A stretch of 64,000 bases of DNA, taken from contig OZ220744.1 in NCBI GenBank assembly GCA_965116925.1, positions 6,272,001 to 6,336,000 of the forward strand, read 5' to 3'. Positions within the stretch are counted from its first letter, which is position 1. Each line of letters begins with the position of its first letter. Below are positions 53,666 to 62,218 of this stretch, piece by piece. The notes under the pieces are model-generated. The model was not told the DNA's origin and did no database searches. It saw only the letters and a list, made by a program, of their open reading frames with translations. The position numbers and the translations under genes were made by a program. Source of the DNA: Candidatus Poribacteria bacterium. Its GTDB lineage: Bacteria > Poribacteria > WGA-4E > PCPOR2b.

Positions 53666-54523
53666 ATGAAGACGATGAAATCAATCCTGCGCTTCTCGCT
53701 TATCCTCTATCTCTGTGTGCTTTTGACAGGGGCATCCTATATCCTCACCGCCTCTGCCAAAATTACCCCCCATCCGGACATGGAGGGTACAGACCTTATC
53801 ACCATTGTTAAGGGTGATACCCTCTGGGATCTCGCCGCAAAGCATTTAGAAAACTCACGTGCATGGCCAGAATTCAGACAGTACAACACCTTTAGCGATC
53901 CTGACCGAATCTACCCCGGCGAGATGATGCGAATCCCAGTCGAGATGGTGATGGAGATGGTTGACGATGCCGTCAAGGAAGACATGGTCACCCTAGCAGA
54001 GCTTGAGGCGATTAAGACGGAGCTCGCTGCCATGGAAGCCAGAGCGATGGCCGCGGAAGAGGCTACCGGTGTCACCGCCGCTGATGTCACTGCGATTAAA
54101 AAGATGGTTGATGACCTGATCGCCCAGCAGAAGAAGGTTAAAAGCGGACTCATGGAACTGAAAACTGAGGTCGCGGAGAGCCAAGCAAACGCCATTAGCG
54201 AAATCAATGGTGCCCTGATGGAACACGCTGAAGCTAGCAAAATGGCAATCTCGAAGGTTCAGGAAGAGGTCGAAGGGGCACGTGGAGACATTAAAGCACT
54301 CCGCCAGACGGTGAAAGACAAACATAAAGCCGGTATGGAAGCGCACAAAGCGTCCGAAGAGAAGCTCGCAGCAGGGATTCAGGCGAATGCAGATAGCCTT
54401 GACAAACTCCACACGATGCACAGAGGTGCCACAGAGGAGCCGAACAAATCGAAACGTACGCTCGCATTCCTGACCGCATTGGCGGGCACAGCCGCTTGGT
54501 TTGCTATTAGTGCTATGGAGTAA
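53666..54523 (+). CDS. LysM-domain protein with coiled coil and C-terminal hydrophobic anchor
   Basis: IVKGDTLWDLA...PDRIYPGE; C-terminal KRTLAFLTALAGTAAWFAI. Confidence 0.85.
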   Translation: MKTMKSILRFSLILYLCVLLTGASYILTASAKITPHPDMEGTDLITIVKGDTLWDLAAKHLENSRAWPEFRQYNTFSDPDRIYPGEMMRIPVEMVMEMVDDAVKEDMVTLAELEAIKTELAAMEARAMAAEEATGVTAADVTAIKKMVDDLIAQQKKVKSGLMELKTEVAESQANAISEINGALMEHAEASKMAISKVQEEVEGARGDIKALRQTVKDKHKAGMEAHKASEEKLAAGIQANADSLDKLHTMHRGATEEPNKSKRTLAFLTALAGTAAWFAISAME

Positions 54524-54553
54524 TTCTTCTAAAACAACACGCTTTAATATTCG

Positions 54554-54588
54554 AGCAGGGATGGTGCATGCACTATCCCTGCTTTTTT
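54554..54588 (+). terminator. Rho-independent terminator
   Basis: AGCAGGGATGGTG/CACTATCCCTGCT stem followed by a T run. Confidence 0.75.
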
Positions 54589-54692
54589 GTTTCAAGAGTT
54601 CATTAGTAATGAGGTTTCAGAATTCTCCCCAGGCCCGGTAGGTGCGGTTTTCAACCGCACCGGATTCGTTCGACGAGGGAGAAAAACCAAAC

Positions 54693-54848
54693 ATGAACAC
54701 CGCTGCCAAACATCGAAGCCACAACCTCCGCAAAGGCAGGGCTTCAATACAAGGCACATATTACCACATCATCATCTGTACATACCAGCGACAGAAGATT
54801 CTAATGGACCCCACAATTGCATCGATTATTTTCAAAGCGGTTGGATGA
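54693..54848 (+). pseudogene. N-terminal fragment of a second RAYT
   Basis: HRSHNLRKGRASIQGTYYHIIICT resembles RAYT N-termini; stops just before a MITE; flanked by inverted class-C REPs. Confidence 0.65.
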
Positions 54849-54861
54849 AAATTAAAAAAAT

Positions 54862-54993
54862 GGCTCATGTAAAAAGAAGGTGCAAAACACGAAGCGAAAT
54901 CGTAGGGGCGGGGTCTCCCCGCCCGCCGTAAGGGTTGGGGGACCCAACCCCTACGAATATTCGGTTTCTTTGCACTAACTCTTAACATGAGCG
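54862..54993. mobile_element. MITE family D copy
   Basis: GGCTCATGTAAA...TTAACATGAGCG; flanks AAAAAAAT / AAAAAAAC. Confidence 0.75.
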
Positions 54994-55204
54994 AAAAAAA
55001 CAGTTCGGTAATTTGCTAGCGACGCCGGCGCGGTTGAAAACCGCGCCTACCGTATGTTTCGAGGAAAATAGGGATTACCGATTTATAGTGGACCTTAGAA
55101 TTAATGAGACACGCCAAACCGGTGCGGTTGAAAACCGCCCCTACCCGGGCCCGGGGAAAATATAGAATTATTGATTGCACCAATGAACCGACAAACCAAC
55201 AGAT

Positions 55205-55804
55205 ATGATCGAATCCAAACAATTCCAAAACACAATCTGTCGCTTTATCGAACTCTATGGGGACCGAACCGAAGGGGTCGGAGATGAGATCCACGCCGGG
55301 CTAGCATGGATTGATAAAACTAAATTTGTCCTGATAGGAGGTGCCGATACAGCCACACTCTACCCGCCCAGTTGGCGGCGTGTCTCGCGGTTGTTCGACC
55401 TTGCCGAGCAACTTCATCGACCTGTGCTATTGTGGGATGTCCCATTCCAGGCGGACACGGCCAATCCAACCGGCACCCTCCTACACCGGAGCGCAGCGCA
55501 AAATAGTCAGTTACATCTGTTGAAGTTGCCTGTCCCCATTATCGGCGTCTTTGACAGCTTACCGCTCCAACCTGAATTCGCCTCGGTTGATGCCGCGATC
55601 CTCGTACAACAGGGGGAGGCAGCCTCACAGCCAAAGCCTTCACAGGATCCCCCCTCCCCGATTTTGGTTAAGGTCATAGACGATCCGTCCCGCCTCAAAT
55701 CAGATATTCTGGAACTACTCAACCACCTGTCAACCCTTCCGATCGAGAGGTTGGTGGATCAACGATTAAATAGTGTCCGCCAAGCCGTTGGAGGCGTTCC
55801 CTAA
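55205..55804 (+). CDS. Degenerate acetyl-CoA carboxylase carboxyltransferase alpha (AccA)-like protein
   Basis: FIELYGDR, RLFDLAEQLHRPV, LPVPIIGV, LSTLPIERLVDQRL; lacks the DTPGA and GEGGSGGA motifs. Confidence 0.6.
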   Translation: MIESKQFQNTICRFIELYGDRTEGVGDEIHAGLAWIDKTKFVLIGGADTATLYPPSWRRVSRLFDLAEQLHRPVLLWDVPFQADTANPTGTLLHRSAAQNSQLHLLKLPVPIIGVFDSLPLQPEFASVDAAILVQQGEAASQPKPSQDPPSPILVKVIDDPSRLKSDILELLNHLSTLPIERLVDQRLNSVRQAVGGVP

Positions 55805-55830
55805 TCTCGAAATGACCCGATAGAGCGGAT

Positions 55831-55953
55831 TAGGGTCATTTAATTCTTCCGCAGCTCGATGTCTTGGTTAACGCAACGGCGGGGCAAGATGCCCCGCCTA
55901 CGGGTTCGGGTCGTTCCAAAATCGGTCAAAAAACCAAAAACTAAATGACCCGA
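55831..55953. mobile_element. Short MITE family E copy with 10-bp direct repeat
   Basis: TAGGGTCATTTAATT...ACTAAATGACCCGA; TAGAGCGGAT at 55821-55830 and 55954-55963. Confidence 0.7.
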
Positions 55954-55972
55954 TAGAGCGGATAACTACTTA

Positions 55973-56001
55973 TTGCGTGAAATATCCTTATCTGTTATAA
56001 T
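55973..56001 (+). promoter_or_regulatory. Sigma70-type promoter
   Basis: TTGCGT-17 bp-TATAAT with extended TG. Confidence 0.6.
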
Positions 56002-56037
56002 ACTGATTGATTGTAATCATAAATGGAGGTGGTATGA

Positions 56038-56388
56038 ATGCAAATTAAGGACATACTACAGATAGCATTTTATTCTGTAGCAATCCTGAGTGCAATTACG
56101 GCAGTTATTGCTTATATCAATGGTCTTGGCTCTTCAATCAGAGGACTCGGAGATAGAGTTGATAACCTTGAATCAAAGTTTGAGAGTAAGTTTGATAACC
56201 TTGAATTAAAGTTTGAGAGTAAGTTTGATAACCTTGAATCAAAGTTTGATGACCTTATATCAGAGTTTAAGACCTTTCGGTTGGAAGCCAAAAATGACCT
56301 TAGAGAAGTAAACCAGAGAATTGATGAATCTAACAAGCGAATCGATACACTATTACACCATCTTATTGGAAAGAATCTTGATGACTAA
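56038..56388 (+). CDS. N-terminal TM + hendecad-repeat coiled-coil protein
   Basis: GGAGG RBS; TM; DNLESKFESKF repeats; low GC. Confidence 0.8.
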   Translation: MQIKDILQIAFYSVAILSAITAVIAYINGLGSSIRGLGDRVDNLESKFESKFDNLELKFESKFDNLESKFDDLISEFKTFRLEAKNDLREVNQRIDESNKRIDTLLHHLIGKNLDD

Positions 56389-56396
56389 ACACACTC

Positions 56397-56423
56397 GGCT
56401 GGCAGAACAATGCCAGCCTTTTT
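56397..56423 (+). terminator. Rho-independent terminator
   Basis: GGCTGGCA/TGCCAGCC stem followed by TTTTT. Confidence 0.7.
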
Positions 56424-56568
56424 CACGTCCAAAATTAACGACTCTATACCTAGCAGAGAGATTCGCAAAAAATAACTTGACATCTATAGTACAATAGCGT
56501 AAAATTAATCGAGATTTGGCGATTTTGAGAGTGTTATAGCCCCAACTTCAAAAAAGGAGAGACATATC

Positions 56569-57321
56569 ATGAAAATCCAATCACTTTTCGCCCTGTTGGT
56601 GGTGTGTGCATTCGCGTTTCTGACCGTGTATCCTGCCGATGCTATCATCTACGGCAAGCGCGGGGACGATGAAGCCACAATTCCTTGGGCAGAAGGCATC
56701 AAGCATTGGGAGCCGGGCCCCGGCGCACAGTTTGAGATCAAGGGAGATGAACTTGAGCTCCATTCTCAAGGTAACACAGGCCTCTTTTTCAATCACCCGG
56801 ATACCAACCCCGCTGAATTGACCGACTATGAGTTAGAAGTGTCTGCGCGAAAAATCGGCGACGATAGCAAATACTTCCATCTCTTCACCCGGACCGTTAT
56901 ACCGACCAAAGACTTCTATTTTGTTGAGGTCAGCTACAACTCCAACACCATCTCGATGTATGAATTTAGAGACGGTGGAGCCCATGAGATTACCCCCGGC
57001 GGTAACGCTGGACGCCCCAAACGACCCGATTCAAAGGATACGAAGGGCGGCGAGCATTACGTCCTTACATTTTCGGCTGAAGGGAATATCCTCAAGTACT
57101 CGGTTGATGGTAGATTGTCGATCGTAGTACAAAACGATAAGTGGAAAAAAGGTCCTCCGGGAATCGGTGGACGTGGTGGTCAAGTGAATTACTACTGGGT
57201 CCGTGTTGATTCGTTGCCCGAGCAGGGATTGCAGAATATCCCCTCAACGGACAAACAGTTGTCAGTCGATAGCAAAGGCAAGCTGACCACAACATGGGGT
57301 AAGCTGAAACGCGGTTTCTAA
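56569..57321 (+). CDS. Exported lectin/jellyroll-like (DUF1080-like) protein with a C-terminal KLTTTWGKLK motif
   Basis: Signal peptide ..PADA; beta-rich body; promoter TTGACA-17-TAAAAT at 56477-56505. Confidence 0.7.
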   Translation: MKIQSLFALLVVCAFAFLTVYPADAIIYGKRGDDEATIPWAEGIKHWEPGPGAQFEIKGDELELHSQGNTGLFFNHPDTNPAELTDYELEVSARKIGDDSKYFHLFTRTVIPTKDFYFVEVSYNSNTISMYEFRDGGAHEITPGGNAGRPKRPDSKDTKGGEHYVLTFSAEGNILKYSVDGRLSIVVQNDKWKKGPPGIGGRGGQVNYYWVRVDSLPEQGLQNIPSTDKQLSVDSKGKLTTTWGKLKRGF

Positions 57322-57346
57322 GAATAAAAACAACACTTGGTACAGC

Positions 57347-57383
57347 AAGGGCGAAGCATCAATAGATGTTCCGCCCTTTTTTT
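57347..57383 (+). terminator. Rho-independent terminator
   Basis: AAGGGCGAAGCATC/GATGTTCCGCCCTT stem followed by a T run. Confidence 0.7.
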
Positions 57384-57493
57384 ATAAGGTTTGTGCCTAA
57401 GAGCTCCAGTGCGGTTGGAAACCGCACCTACCGGGGCGAAGCTGCACAACAAAACGCTATCATCTGATTCAGAGAAGGGAGGAGGTAATAACT

Positions 57494-57904
57494 ATGGGTG
57501 AATGGTCTCCATCGCATTTGATTGTGGCTGCAATCGCAGTGGCGACAATCATCGGTCAACTGATCGTGATACTGACACGCCTGAAAACGACAACGGAACG
57601 GTTGGAAAAGCAAATCGACAAACAATCGGAGAATATGCGACAGATGGGTGAGACGTTCTTTCACGCGTTAGAACGCCTCGAGGAGCGGATGGATAAGCGG
57701 TTCGAGGAAGTCAATCGGCGAATTGATGAAACCAATCAGCGAATTGATGAAACCAATCAGCGAATTGACGGTTTGCGGTCAGAAATGAATCAACGGTTTT
57801 CTGATATGACAACAGAAATGAGCAAACTCAATCAGAATCATATTGATCACTTGAATCAGCATCATGTCCCGCGAAGGGAGGATCCCGATGGGATCGGGAG
57901 TTGA
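57494..57904 (+). CDS. N-terminal TM + coiled-coil protein ending LNQNHIDHL (paralog of 33259)
   Basis: WSPSH-TM, RIDETNQ repeats, NQRIDGLRSEMNQR; GGAGG RBS. Confidence 0.8.
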   Translation: MGEWSPSHLIVAAIAVATIIGQLIVILTRLKTTTERLEKQIDKQSENMRQMGETFFHALERLEERMDKRFEEVNRRIDETNQRIDETNQRIDGLRSEMNQRFSDMTTEMSKLNQNHIDHLNQHHVPRREDPDGIGS

Positions 57905-57967
57905 CATGTTGCGGGGGCTGCCGTTTCCCCCTGTCTCTGCGTCTTTGCGTTAAATCGTGTTCCAGGG

Positions 57968-59890
57968 CTAACGGTAGAACGAATACACCTCAATCCCCCA
58001 AAAGACACGAATCAGCACCCAACCGCCACCGACGATATACTCCCCGAACAACAGTCCCAAGAAAAAGGGCAACGTCTTCCGATAGAGCCGAATCCCACCG
58101 ACCTTCAACACAGTCGCTTTGACCGCCCAACTGATAAATACAGAAAACCATACCCAGCCGAAGGTCCACGGACTGCTAGCAATCGCGTAACCAGCGGGGT
58201 GGAAGGGCCAAAGTGGAAATCGCATACGAATCGCCCAGAGGAATCCCGTAAAGAGGAATCCCACCCCCATAAAAAGCACCGCGGGCACATTGGTCTCCGT
58301 TGGATTATAGAGCCAGCTTTTCATGTTGGCATACGCCCCATGTCCGAGACCTACGTTGATATTATCACCACCGCTTCCGTAAGCGAGCGTCAGGTACGCC
58401 CAGAACGTGGTCAGGATACCCGCAACCACCGCCAGAACCATCACGCCAATTAAGCGACGGGGTGCCATCTGCGTCGCATCCGCCACCTTGAACCCTTCCA
58501 GTATGTGCGGCATTGGGTGGGCGCGATAGCCGCGATTGAACGTATAATAGAACCCCATCATGACCAAGCTTGGCGGTGGAATCCGACGCGTCCCAATTGC
58601 ATCCGTGATGAAAAGGCGGGGGTTGACAAGGAACATCTCATTCGTTGGTGGACCCACCTCTGCGCGGATGCGTCCCACAGCAATTGCCAAAAGGTAATAG
58701 GTCAAAAAGTAAAGCCCCGCCATCCAGAGTGCCATCCCGCCGTGGTACGAAAATACCAGTAGGAAGATTACCCCACCCGTCAATCCCAATACCGCCCACC
58801 GATACTTCATCGGTTCGTTCTCCTCGCCCGGCTGGTCACGTAAAAGGTTCTTGAAAACTGAAATAAAGTAACGGCGGCCGCCATAGAGCGCGAAACAGGC
58901 GATGGCGAAAAAAGCGCCGATGCTTTGGGGACCCTCATACGGGAAGCCCGGAAAACTGGCAAGCCCCAACGCACGTCCCAGGACGCGCTCCGCTTTCCAA
59001 AAGAGAAAGAAGAACCATAGCGAAAAGGACATCTCCAGCGGCATCAGAAACCCCAGTCCTAGTCCGAAGGGCAGTATGTAGAGCGGTGTCCACCCCATCG
59101 CATTCCACGGCTTCTCGGTAAAGAACTGGCCTATCTCCGCTTGACGCACAGGGATCTCCGGGAACGCAGGGAACAGGACGTGCAAGCCGTTCATCAGATC
59201 AATGCCACCTGCGACGGCAAATCCGAGCCACATCATCTTGGATCTGAAGAGCGAGCCATCGGCACGGGTCATCTCCAACGGCAACTGAACGATCGGATAC
59301 GCCAACCGCTCGCGGGTGATCCACTGCCGCCGCAGGATAGCGTCCATGCAGATCATCACCCAGATCAGGACGGCTAAAAGCACCGTCCACCATAGGATCG
59401 GTTGTAACCACGGTCGGAGATGCGCTTCTGTGTAGGGCGTACTTTGACCCTCATAGAAATCGAGCAGGCTCAACGGATCTCTCACCGTCAACCAAGCGGG
59501 CAGGTATCTCCAAAACAGCGTCTTCCACTCATTTTCGGGGGTAGCGAACCAGAAACCGTGCGAAAGGGTTGGAACGACGGTTTGCATGACATCATGCCCC
59601 GCAATTGCCGAAGAGAGTGAGAGCATCATGTAGATCGTCATCAACTCCCCCTGTTGCAGCACAAAACGTGGCAGGAAACGCTTTAGCAGCGCGTTTACGA
59701 TGATTAACACGGTGAGGCTGATAACCACGTTGTAGATTAGCGACATCGTCGTCGCCAGTGTGCCGATATACTTGACCTCGTTTGTGATAATAAAATAGGT
59801 ATTCACCGGCATCAGTGCCAACGCAAGTATCACAGCGCGAAACGTTAATCCAGTGTGTGGGGGTTGATTGCCAATCGGTTGTTCAGTCAT
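57968..59890 (-). CDS. Large polytopic membrane protein, putative peptide-transporter-like
   Basis: 640 aa, many TM helices, W...ERLAYP and WPFHPAGY motifs. Confidence 0.7.
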   Translation of the reverse strand: MTEQPIGNQPPHTGLTFRAVILALALMPVNTYFIITNEVKYIGTLATTMSLIYNVVISLTVLIIVNALLKRFLPRFVLQQGELMTIYMMLSLSSAIAGHDVMQTVVPTLSHGFWFATPENEWKTLFWRYLPAWLTVRDPLSLLDFYEGQSTPYTEAHLRPWLQPILWWTVLLAVLIWVMICMDAILRRQWITRERLAYPIVQLPLEMTRADGSLFRSKMMWLGFAVAGGIDLMNGLHVLFPAFPEIPVRQAEIGQFFTEKPWNAMGWTPLYILPFGLGLGFLMPLEMSFSLWFFFLFWKAERVLGRALGLASFPGFPYEGPQSIGAFFAIACFALYGGRRYFISVFKNLLRDQPGEENEPMKYRWAVLGLTGGVIFLLVFSYHGGMALWMAGLYFLTYYLLAIAVGRIRAEVGPPTNEMFLVNPRLFITDAIGTRRIPPPSLVMMGFYYTFNRGYRAHPMPHILEGFKVADATQMAPRRLIGVMVLAVVAGILTTFWAYLTLAYGSGGDNINVGLGHGAYANMKSWLYNPTETNVPAVLFMGVGFLFTGFLWAIRMRFPLWPFHPAGYAIASSPWTFGWVWFSVFISWAVKATVLKVGGIRLYRKTLPFFLGLLFGEYIVGGGWVLIRVFWGIEVYSFYR

Positions 59891-60157
59891 AGCGAAAGCT
59901 CATTCTCTTTTTGTATTTCGGTCATCCGTCTTGCCTCATCTTACGCATAATGCGCTGTGGTTTGTAGCGTGCTACATAGTTTCCCCTAGTAAAGAACGTA
60001 GATCTGCATTCCCTAAAGTTATCGTTCCAAAGGGATTCTAATGGGCACGTGTCGTCTTTCAACGTCTCCGAGTTGGGAATTGGGGAGGGTAGGGGAGGAT
60101 TGCGTTCACGGGAAGTGATACGTGAGGGGAGATTCGACAGGATTAGCACAGCGATGA

Positions 60158-60943
60158 TTATGCCAATGCCTTCAAGCAGTTGTCGCCAAGCGGTTGTAAC
60201 GGCGTGAAATCCCGGTTGTTGTGATACCAATCACGCTCTGTACCGGTGCAAGCATTGCTAACAGCATTATAGTTCAAATACATGATCGCCCGCCGCCAAG
60301 GGGAGACGTTGTTGGATGAGCCGTGCACGACATTGCAATGGCAAAAGCAGATCGATCCTGCGGGTCCTATTAACGCTTCGATACCACGCTCGTCAGCCAA
60401 TCGCTCTAGGGTGGTGCGATCAATATGGTGCAAAGCATAGCCCTTCGCGTCCTTGTGGGGTTTTGAATCGAGAAGACCATGCGTATGTGAACCTGGCACG
60501 ACCAGTAACGGCGACGTGACCGCTGTGCAATCGTCTATAAACACGGATGCCATAATACACTTCGGTTCCGTCATCCCGTCGATGCGATGCCACGGTGGAA
60601 AATCCTGATGCCAATCCCACGACGCACCGCCCCCAAAGCCCTGTTTGGGGTTGAGGCGACTCTGATGGAGATATACATCGTCATCCAACAGTTGACGCAC
60701 TGGGTTCAACAAGCGTGGAAGCAGCGGAAGATACCGGAACGGTTCGGAATAGACATGCGCCCCAAATGCCAGTCTGACGGAGTCCGGATTATCTTTCTCA
60801 GGTATCACCTCCGGACCCCGACGGTTGAGGATCCCCGGCATCGCCCGCTGCAGGACTGCCACCTCAGCTTCCTCCAGTAGACGTGGGAAAAATAGGTAGC
60901 CTTGTTGGTTAAAGCGTGCGATTTGGGTGTCACTGAGTGTCAT
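60158..60943 (-). CDS. PhyH-family dioxygenase (ectoine/proline hydroxylase-like)
   Basis: WDWHQDFPPWHRIDGM, VPGSH, VHGSSNNVSPWRR. Confidence 0.8.
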   Translation of the reverse strand: MTLSDTQIARFNQQGYLFFPRLLEEAEVAVLQRAMPGILNRRGPEVIPEKDNPDSVRLAFGAHVYSEPFRYLPLLPRLLNPVRQLLDDDVYLHQSRLNPKQGFGGGASWDWHQDFPPWHRIDGMTEPKCIMASVFIDDCTAVTSPLLVVPGSHTHGLLDSKPHKDAKGYALHHIDRTTLERLADERGIEALIGPAGSICFCHCNVVHGSSNNVSPWRRAIMYLNYNAVSNACTGTERDWYHNNRDFTPLQPLGDNCLKALA

Positions 60944-61030
60944 GGTATCTATTCCGTATACCGAGAATTACTAGTATCCCCACCTTACAAAGGGAGAGAC
61001 AGAGGAAGTTCAATCCTCTGTCTCCTGTTT

Positions 61031-62107
61031 TCATCGTTGGCTTTTTAGCGTGCCCCATATCGTCGCTAACTTTCCCCGTGGATCGACCGAGAACTTCTCA
61101 GGGAAGGGCCAACCGGGCGGTTGGTAGGCCTCATTTTCCCTCTCATTTCCACCGGCACCGCCGTTCCAACCGCCAATCGCATAAATCTTCCCATCTGCCA
61201 CAGCGATTCCAAAACTTCCCCTTGGGGTAGGCATAGCGTCCATACGGCGGTATTTATTCTCTTCTGGCGAGTATTCCCAGACATCTTCGTAAAATACAAG
61301 ATCCGGATCATTTGGTCCGCCCTTAAGTCCGCCTTTGCCCTTAAATTTCTCACCGCCCATGACATAAATTTTCCCGCTATTGACGAAGGCGGCGCCAAAA
61401 TTATGGACGGGTCTCTGTATCTTAGCTTTGGGAGTCCATGTCTCTGTTTTGGTATCGTATTCGTCCACGTCTGTGGTGGACTCCTTATGGGTGAAATCGG
61501 TCGCGCCACCAAAGATGTAAATCTTTCCGGGCGGCACAGCGGCACCGGCTGCCCCCCATCTCGGATTCGGCATGTCCTTTTTCTGTTCCCAAGTATCGGT
61601 CACGGGGTTGTATACCTCAATCGCTGGAGACGGAAAAAAGACATCGGTTGCGCCCCCAATAGTATAAATCTTGCCACTCAATACAACAGTAACGGGCGCG
61701 ATTCTCGGCGTTGGCATATCCGCTTTCCTAGACCATGTGTCAGTCTTCGGGTCATACATTTCCACTTCCGCCAGAGGCGCGATTCCGTCACGGGTTCCGC
61801 CGATGACATAGACCTTCCCGTTGACAGAGACAGCAGCGTGTCGTACCCGACCTGTTGGTATCGGTTTCTTTTCGACCCAGCTATCCTTCTCTGTGTCGTA
61901 TTCTTCGTTTTTGTGTATCTGGGGGGTATCATCTTGTCCGCCGATGGCATAAACCTTGGTGCCGACGGCGGCGATTTCGAGTCCCCATCTATGCGTTGGC
62001 AACGGCTTCAATTTCTTCCAGCCCGCAACGCTGTCTGGAGCGACGCAAAGGCTCAACAGCCCACACAGGGTCAGCCCTGCTAACAGTTGATAGCTTATCC
62101 GCTTCAT
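61031..62107 (-). CDS. Exported Kelch-repeat protein with C-terminal KLATIWG motif
   Basis: Six KIY.(I/F)GG...E.YDP....W blades; signal peptide. Confidence 0.9.
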   Translation of the reverse strand: MKRISYQLLAGLTLCGLLSLCVAPDSVAGWKKLKPLPTHRWGLEIAAVGTKVYAIGGQDDTPQIHKNEEYDTEKDSWVEKKPIPTGRVRHAAVSVNGKVYVIGGTRDGIAPLAEVEMYDPKTDTWSRKADMPTPRIAPVTVVLSGKIYTIGGATDVFFPSPAIEVYNPVTDTWEQKKDMPNPRWGAAGAAVPPGKIYIFGGATDFTHKESTTDVDEYDTKTETWTPKAKIQRPVHNFGAAFVNSGKIYVMGGEKFKGKGGLKGGPNDPDLVFYEDVWEYSPEENKYRRMDAMPTPRGSFGIAVADGKIYAIGGWNGGAGGNERENEAYQPPGWPFPEKFSVDPRGKLATIWGTLKSQR

Positions 62108-62218
62108 CGTGTATGCCTCCTTTATCAGTTTTAGTTAGGTTGCTTTCAAACAGCCTTCCACCTTCTTTTGGTGCAGTTTTCCCGGTTAAATGGTGTTGTA
62201 TATTACAAAACAGATTCA

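Larger units (their letters stand above)
4931..54954 (+). repeat. Dispersed class-A REP family: GTAGGGGCG(A/G)GG..CC(T/C)CGCCC and GGGTTGGG..CCCAACCCCTAC, often as inverted doublets (span = first to last copy)
   Basis: GTAG plus GC-rich hairpin; copies near 4931, 10467, 21400, 24764, 25003, 25242, 26745, 27402, 29086-29264, 29631, 29675, 30392, 31126, 31423, 32534, 33722, 34396, 34567, 34807, 35064, 37147, 37491, 54901. Confidence 0.9.
53568..57431. repeat. Class-C REP family GTAGG(T/C)GCGGTT..AACCGC(A/G)CC (span of the right-hand cluster; another copy at 24260)
   Basis: Copies near 53568, 54638, 55027, 55121, 57409. Confidence 0.85.

Noticed and set aside
61121..62083. 320-aa + strand ORF
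   Set aside because: Antisense shadow of the Kelch gene
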